The notes under the pieces are model-generated. The model saw nothing but the letters and a program-made list of their open reading frames with translations. It was not told the origin of the DNA and made no database searches. Position numbers and translations under genes: made by a program. From an uncultured archaeon (GTDB lineage: Archaea > Thermoplasmatota > Penumbrarchaeia > JASLWR01), in the NCBI GenBank assembly GCA_964430885.1, contig CAYSHM010000013.1, forward strand, positions 14,955-78,954: DNA of 64,000 bases. The letters are read 5' to 3'. Numbering within the stretch: position 1 is the first letter of the stretch; every line of letters begins with the position of its first letter. Positions 59,094 to 64,000 of this stretch are shown here, piece by piece.

Positions 59094-60092
59094 ATGGATG
59101 AAGAAAAACACAAGGCCATAGGTCTGCTTTCCGGCGGATTGGACAGCACCCTGGCTGTTGGAATGATTCTGAATGAGGGAGTTGAGGTAATCGCTCTTAA
59201 CTTTGTAAGTCCTTTCTGCACCTGTACTAAAAAAGGCTGCAGACACCAGGCCAGCAAGGTAGCTGATGATTACGGTATTGAGATCAAGGTTGTACCAGTT
59301 GGTGTGGATTATATAGAAATGATCAGAAATCCGAAACATGGTTACGGTAAGAATTTGAATCCCTGTAAAGACTGCCGGATCTTTATACTGAAAAAAGCCA
59401 AAGCCTTAATGGAGGAACTGGGAGCTTCTTTCATATTTACCGGTGATGTCCTTGGTCAGAGGCCCATGTCCCAGAGAAGGCCAGCCTTAGATCTTATTGA
59501 GAAAGAAGCGGGATTGGAAGGCCTGATCCTACGGCCGCTTTCGGCCAGGCATTTCAAACCAACAATACCGGAAAAGGAAGGCTGGGTGAATCGAGACAAC
59601 CTACTTGGTTTTATGGGGAGGAATAGAAAACCCCAGATGAAGCTTGCGGAAGAAATGGATATACGTGATTACGACTGTCCGGCAGGGGGCTGTAGGCTTA
59701 CCAACAGGGAATTCTCAAACAAGCTTCGGGATCTATTTGTTCATAATGAAGAGATTACCAATAACGATTTATTGTTTTTACGAATAGGCCGCCATTTCAG
59801 GTTTGGCGATTCAAAAATAATAGTTGGTAGGGATGAAAAAGATAACGATATGATCAATAAAATGAGCTTGCCCGAAGACCATCTTTTTGAAGTACCAGGG
59901 GTGGGAAGTCCGATATCACTTTTACGGGGTGAAGTGGGGCCTGAAGAGCTTGAGATGGCTGCAAGATTAACTGCTAGATATTCAGATTCCGTAGAAAAAG
60001 AAGTGAACGTGATCCATAGATACTGTGGGAAAGAAGAAACATTGAATGTTGTTCCATTGAAAGAAGAAAAAACAGCTCAGTTACATATTTGA
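59094..60092 (+). CDS. ThiI/MnmA-like PP-loop tRNA thiolation protein with C-terminal DUF814-like domain
   Basis: LLSGGLDS, NPCKDCRI, TGDVLGQRPMSQ, PAGGCRLT, GRHFR...IVGR. Confidence 0.8.
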   Translation: MDEEKHKAIGLLSGGLDSTLAVGMILNEGVEVIALNFVSPFCTCTKKGCRHQASKVADDYGIEIKVVPVGVDYIEMIRNPKHGYGKNLNPCKDCRIFILKKAKALMEELGASFIFTGDVLGQRPMSQRRPALDLIEKEAGLEGLILRPLSARHFKPTIPEKEGWVNRDNLLGFMGRNRKPQMKLAEEMDIRDYDCPAGGCRLTNREFSNKLRDLFVHNEEITNNDLLFLRIGRHFRFGDSKIIVGRDEKDNDMINKMSLPEDHLFEVPGVGSPISLLRGEVGPEELEMAARLTARYSDSVEKEVNVIHRYCGKEETLNVVPLKEEKTAQLHI

Positions 60093-60180
60093 TAACAAAA
60101 TCCCCATAAGGAACAATGATAATTATACATGAGGTCTTTCAGGAATATTCGTCCTGTAGTATAATAAATGAGGTTTGGTA

Positions 60181-61362
60181 ATGAAGATAGCAGTTGGTCT
60201 TTCAGGCGGTGTTGATTCTTCAGTAGCAGCTGCGCTGTTAAAGAAGGAAGACCATGAGGTCATTGGAATATGCATGAAGATCTGGGATGATGAGGAATCC
60301 CCTAAAGGATGCGGCGACGCTACCGGGTTCTCTGATGGGGACGGATGCAGTGATGGGACCGGCTGCGGAGATGATCGGATGGATGGAGGAGGGCATGCCT
60401 GTTACGGACCGGGAGAGGAGGCGGATATTAAAAGAGCCTCGGATATTTGTCAGAAACTCGATATTCCGTTCCATGTATTCGACCTAGGGGATGAATATCA
60501 GAGAATTGTCATTGATTATTTCAGGGACGAATACTTGGCAGGCCGGACTCCCAATCCATGCCTTAGATGCAATCCCGAAATGAAGTTCAGGTCCCTGGTA
60601 GATGAGGCTTTAAGCCAGGGCTTGAAATTTGAAAAATTCGCCACGGGACATTACGCCCGGATAGAGTATGTTCCGAATTTTTCAAAGAATGAGGGCCGTT
60701 ATATATTAAAAAAGGCCTTGGACCCGACGAAAGACCAGTCGTACGGCTTGATATTCCTCGACCAGAAACTGCTCGGGAGATCAATATTTCCTTTGGGCAG
60801 TATTACAAAGAAGGAGGTTAGGAGGATCGCCCGCGAACTGGATCTTGAAACACATGATGTCCCTGACAGCCAGGATTTCTATACTGGAGATTATAGCGAT
60901 CTTATCGGCAAGGACGATATGCCCGGACCGATACTTAACGGTTCAGGGGAGCAGATAGGGGTCCATAAGGGTATTTGGCATTATACCATCGGACAGCGTA
61001 AAGGTTTGAGATTATCAACTAGGCACCCCATGTATGTCAAGCGGATCGATGAGAAGAATAATGCGATCATCGTGGGAACCCGAGATGAGATATTTGCAAC
61101 TGAGTTTATTGCAGGGAATTTGAATCCGATTGGCGTAGAGGATCTCACCCTATTAACTGATGTTTTCGTGAAGATAAGGCATGCTCCTTGGGAAGGGAAA
61201 GCTGCTATCTCCACAATTAAAGATAATAAATTAAAGGTAATCTTTGAAGAACCCCAGTGGGCTATTGCCCCGGGACAGGCGGTTGGTTTTTACAAAGGGG
61301 ATATTGTTCTTGGCGGAGGGATCATAGAGGAAACTCTCCAAAGGAGTAAAAATAGATATTAA
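60181..61362 (+). CDS. mnmA: tRNA 2-thiouridine(34) synthase MnmA (bacterial type)
   Basis: SGGVDSSV, GRTPNPCLRCN, ATGHYA, KDQSY, YTIGQRKGL, PGQAV.FY.G..VLGGG.I. Confidence 0.92.
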   Translation: MKIAVGLSGGVDSSVAAALLKKEDHEVIGICMKIWDDEESPKGCGDATGFSDGDGCSDGTGCGDDRMDGGGHACYGPGEEADIKRASDICQKLDIPFHVFDLGDEYQRIVIDYFRDEYLAGRTPNPCLRCNPEMKFRSLVDEALSQGLKFEKFATGHYARIEYVPNFSKNEGRYILKKALDPTKDQSYGLIFLDQKLLGRSIFPLGSITKKEVRRIARELDLETHDVPDSQDFYTGDYSDLIGKDDMPGPILNGSGEQIGVHKGIWHYTIGQRKGLRLSTRHPMYVKRIDEKNNAIIVGTRDEIFATEFIAGNLNPIGVEDLTLLTDVFVKIRHAPWEGKAAISTIKDNKLKVIFEEPQWAIAPGQAVGFYKGDIVLGGGIIEETLQRSKNRY

Positions 61363-61393
61363 GACTATTGAAGATGACTTTTTTCAGATGCAA

Positions 61394-61792
61394 TCATAAA
61401 ATGTCTTTGCTTCTATCAGATTCCCCGCTGAAAACGCTGCAGATGTAGCTTTCCGGAAGAGGCTTGCCAACCTGCTCAAGATAAATGCGAGCTAAAATAT
61501 CTGAATTTTTTATACTTTCGCATATATGGCACATCTCGATGATCACTGATGAATCATCACCCTTATCGATCCTATCGGCAGATTGCTTGATCATCTCTAA
61601 GATATCTTCATCCTTGATGTTCATTTCCCCGCGTTTTCCGGACAAATACTGTGAGATGGCCGCTTCGGTCATACCCAATTTTTTTGCTGCCTTAGCCTGT
61701 GTATAATTATGATCATTGATAAGGTTTCTTACTATCTCCTTCCTAACTGCTGGAAGAACATACCATATTATTATTTCACAGGGAAGTTTCAT
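61394..61792 (-). CDS. Archaeal HTH transcriptional regulator with Cys motifs (COG2522-like)
   Basis: PCE....VLPAVR...TQ..AA..LG.T.AAISQYLSGKRG...CHIC. Confidence 0.85.
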   Translation of the reverse strand: MKLPCEIIIWYVLPAVRKEIVRNLINDHNYTQAKAAKKLGMTEAAISQYLSGKRGEMNIKDEDILEMIKQSADRIDKGDDSSVIIEMCHICESIKNSDILARIYLEQVGKPLPESYICSVFSGESDRSKDIL

Positions 61793-61810
61793 TTGACCAC
61801 ACCTTAAATA

Positions 61811-63031
61811 TTATCTGCATGCACTCATACTCTTCAGCTCTCTCTCCACCCTTATCTTTTCAATACCGAAAGCGAGATCCGAAGCCACCTCCTCAAGAAG
61901 GTTGAGCTCCTCAGGGTCCATCCTGTATCCCGTTTCAAGGCAGACATTCATAGCACCAATGGTACCTTCCCTGTGTTTCATAGGTACAATAATGCTCTGA
62001 TGGTCCCTATCATGTCTGCAGCATCCGCAGTCGCTGCAGTGCTCAGAAGTGTTTTCAATGAGCTTTATACTGCCCTTTTCTATAACTTCAATAATACATG
62101 GAGGGGAACTAATACTGACATCTTCCTCTGAACCATGGTCCTCTTCACACTCATGACCTGAACCATGGTGGCATATGAGCCGGGGTTTGCCGCTATCCAA
62201 CATAAGGAACATACGGACATCCATATACTTTCTGTTCTCGTACAGTATCTCACAGCATTTTTGAAAAAGTTCACCTGGGTTGTCAGTATGGATGATTGCC
62301 TGACTGATCTGGAGGATGGAAGTCAATAACTGATTGAAATATGACGCCCTAGCCTCAGCTGTCTTCCTGTCCCTTATATCTCTCATGAAGAGGGAAAAAC
62401 CGATTACTCCTCCCTTATCATCCTTGATGGCGTCCATGGTAATACTGATATCCAGGTCCTGGCGCTCCTTTCCCTTTATAACTATCTCCTCACCGCTGAC
62501 CAAAGTGCCTTCCTTTACCCTGGCGATCATTTTTTCCCTGATCTTCTTTTTGGGGAAAATAGAAAGTTCGTCTCCCAGCACCTCTTCTTTTGTGAATCCG
62601 GTGAGTTCCTCGGCACTCCGGTTCCAGAAAAAGGCTTCCCCCTCCTCGTTTATTATTACAACTGCATCTTTTGTCTGCTCGATAACATTTTTGAAGAACT
62701 GGGGTGAAGTGGTGAAATCAGACAGTTTCCTGCTTGTCTTGAACTTTGTCTTTATGGAATGGAAAATATCAATGTTCTCCTCGACATGGGGTCTAAGGAA
62801 ATATACTTTCCCATACTCTCCGGATCTGGAGGGACTGATAATCTCATGGTCCTGAAGGACCGAAACATGGTGTTTGATGGTTCTGTAGTTCACACCCATT
62901 ATTTCAGCCAATTGATTGGTATTGTAGGGTCTCTCCTCAAGAAGCTGAATGATCCTCACCCTGTTCTGACCGCCTTTTTGCCCCAGTATCAGGAATGACA
63001 GGGTCCGTTTCAATGAGAGTGGGTCGTACAT
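61811..63031 (-). CDS. One-component regulator: ArsR-like winged HTH + PAS + GAF
   Basis: GGQNRVRII.LL..RP.N.NQLA......YRTI.HH (archaeal ArsR-like); WN.SAE.LTG....EV.G...RDI.DRK (PAS/PAC); PM......G...V......EE..LL.EVA.DLAF (GAF). Confidence 0.85.
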   Translation of the reverse strand: MYDPLSLKRTLSFLILGQKGGQNRVRIIQLLEERPYNTNQLAEIMGVNYRTIKHHVSVLQDHEIISPSRSGEYGKVYFLRPHVEENIDIFHSIKTKFKTSRKLSDFTTSPQFFKNVIEQTKDAVVIINEEGEAFFWNRSAEELTGFTKEEVLGDELSIFPKKKIREKMIARVKEGTLVSGEEIVIKGKERQDLDISITMDAIKDDKGGVIGFSLFMRDIRDRKTAEARASYFNQLLTSILQISQAIIHTDNPGELFQKCCEILYENRKYMDVRMFLMLDSGKPRLICHHGSGHECEEDHGSEEDVSISSPPCIIEVIEKGSIKLIENTSEHCSDCGCCRHDRDHQSIIVPMKHREGTIGAMNVCLETGYRMDPEELNLLEEVASDLAFGIEKIRVERELKSMSACR

Positions 63032-63258
63032 GGTAACCGAACTCCACATGGTATTTGTTTTTTTTAAATCTTTTCTTGGTGCTGTTGAAATAAACTATTT
63101 TACAAAAAATGAAATTTTTCATTCCTCTATTTGTAAGAAAATTGCATATCAATTACACCCCTTCTTGAAGTTATCTTATATACCGCACAACCGTTTAATA
63201 TTGATGAATATGTTAACAAATTGAAGCGATGGTGTTATATTTAACCGAGGTTTTGGCC

Positions 63259-63381
63259 ATGAACAAGAAGGGAGGGATCTATCTCTGCAAGATATGCGGA
63301 AACAAAGTGGAGTTGGTTGACTGCGGAGAGGGTAATCTCGTATGCTGCGGTGAGTGTATGATACTCATCGAGGACGAATGA
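63259..63381 (+). CDS. Stand-alone desulforedoxin (40 aa)
   Basis: Below the ORF-track cutoff; MNKKGGIYLCKICGNKVELVDCGEGNLVCCGECMILIEDE* has the CxxC...CC desulforedoxin motif and a GAGG RBS. Confidence 0.85.
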   Translation: MNKKGGIYLCKICGNKVELVDCGEGNLVCCGECMILIEDE

Positions 63382-63445
63382 ATTAATTATTACGGAGTTA
63401 CTTTCATATGTGTTAAAACTGTAAAAAAATTGATAAGGTGATTCA

Positions 63446-63841
63446 ATGAGCGATATAGGAGAATTGTACAAGAGTGCCGACTGGAAAAATGAAAAGCATG
63501 TGCCTGCTATAGAGGTTGCCGGGCCCGTGAAGAAGACCGAGATAGTGACCATAAGCGCTGCTGTGGGCAAGGAGATCGCCCATCCCAATACAACCGGGCA
63601 TCATATATCCTGGCTGGAGCTGTATTTCCTCCCGGAGGGAAGCAAGAACCCATACATGCTGAGCCGTTTCGATTTCGTATCCCACGGAGCTTCACCCAGA
63701 GGTCCGGATACAAGCGAGGTATATACTGAGCCTTCTGTTACAGCCAAGGTGAAGCTGGGCGGAAGCGGAAAAGTGATAGCCACGTCCTATTGCAATATCC
63801 ATGGGCTGTGGACCGGGTCAATGGATCTGGTTGTGGAATAG
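63446..63841 (+). CDS. Superoxide reductase-like protein (neelaredoxin / class II SORL)
   Basis: EKHVP, HPNTTGHHI.W, CNIHGLW iron ligands. Confidence 0.9.
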   Translation: MSDIGELYKSADWKNEKHVPAIEVAGPVKKTEIVTISAAVGKEIAHPNTTGHHISWLELYFLPEGSKNPYMLSRFDFVSHGASPRGPDTSEVYTEPSVTAKVKLGGSGKVIATSYCNIHGLWTGSMDLVVE

Positions 63842-63955
63842 AAAAAAGGAAAGAGGATGTAACTGGGTAATGATCAATTCAAGCAATGCTCCCGTTTTAA
63901 TCCTCTTTATTATTTTATGGTTATATTCTATGGTAATATCTTATGGTGATGAATT

Positions 63956-64000
63956 ATGCTTTTCAAAAGAATCGAATCAGAGGGTCTGGCGCATTATTCC
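63956..64000 (+). CDS. Start of a probable MBL-fold hydrolase/rhodanese protein (partial)
   Basis: MLFKRIESEGLAHYS after a GGTGA RBS resembles the N-terminus of persulfide-dioxygenase-like MBL-rhodanese proteins; only 15 codons are visible. Confidence 0.55.
   Translation, partial: MLFKRIESEGLAHYS

Overview
Gene-dense archaeal chromosomal window, most consistent with an anaerobic or microaerophilic Thermoplasmatota-like organism (taxonomy inferred from gene content, not from a search). Housekeeping genes: argS, a proteasome-alpha/SBDS/rrp4 remnant of the exosome superoperon, leuS, proS, tRNA-Phe(GAA), dinB, thi4, a ThiI-like gene and mnmA. They are interleaved with large surface proteins, two MacB/FtsX-type ABC systems, a PadR-HAAS-DUF4097 envelope-stress module and oxidative-stress genes (rubredoxin-fused glutamate synthase, rubrerythrin, desulforedoxin, superoxide-reductase-like protein). 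The best candidate for an undescribed system is the three-gene cassette at 14738-18760. It encodes a CxxCH protein on a four-Fn3 membrane-anchored stalk, a CxxCH protein fused to a ferric-reductase-like cytochrome b domain, and a minimal 148-aa CcsA-type heme lyase, which together suggest a self-maturing surface electron conduit. Second is a single-pass receptor (49418-52681) whose cytoplasmic part resembles a beta-COP/adaptin appendage domain. Other oddities: a membrane-anchored AAA ATPase directly before psmA, rrp4 without rrp41/rrp42, a bacterial/archaeal mosaic LeuRS, a ~97-aa W-x-H-G module shared by three unrelated proteins, and a shared palindromic operator. Three CDSs absent from the ORF track were read directly (1-4653, 63259-63381, 63956-64000). 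No CRISPR array, rRNA, integrase or transposase was seen.
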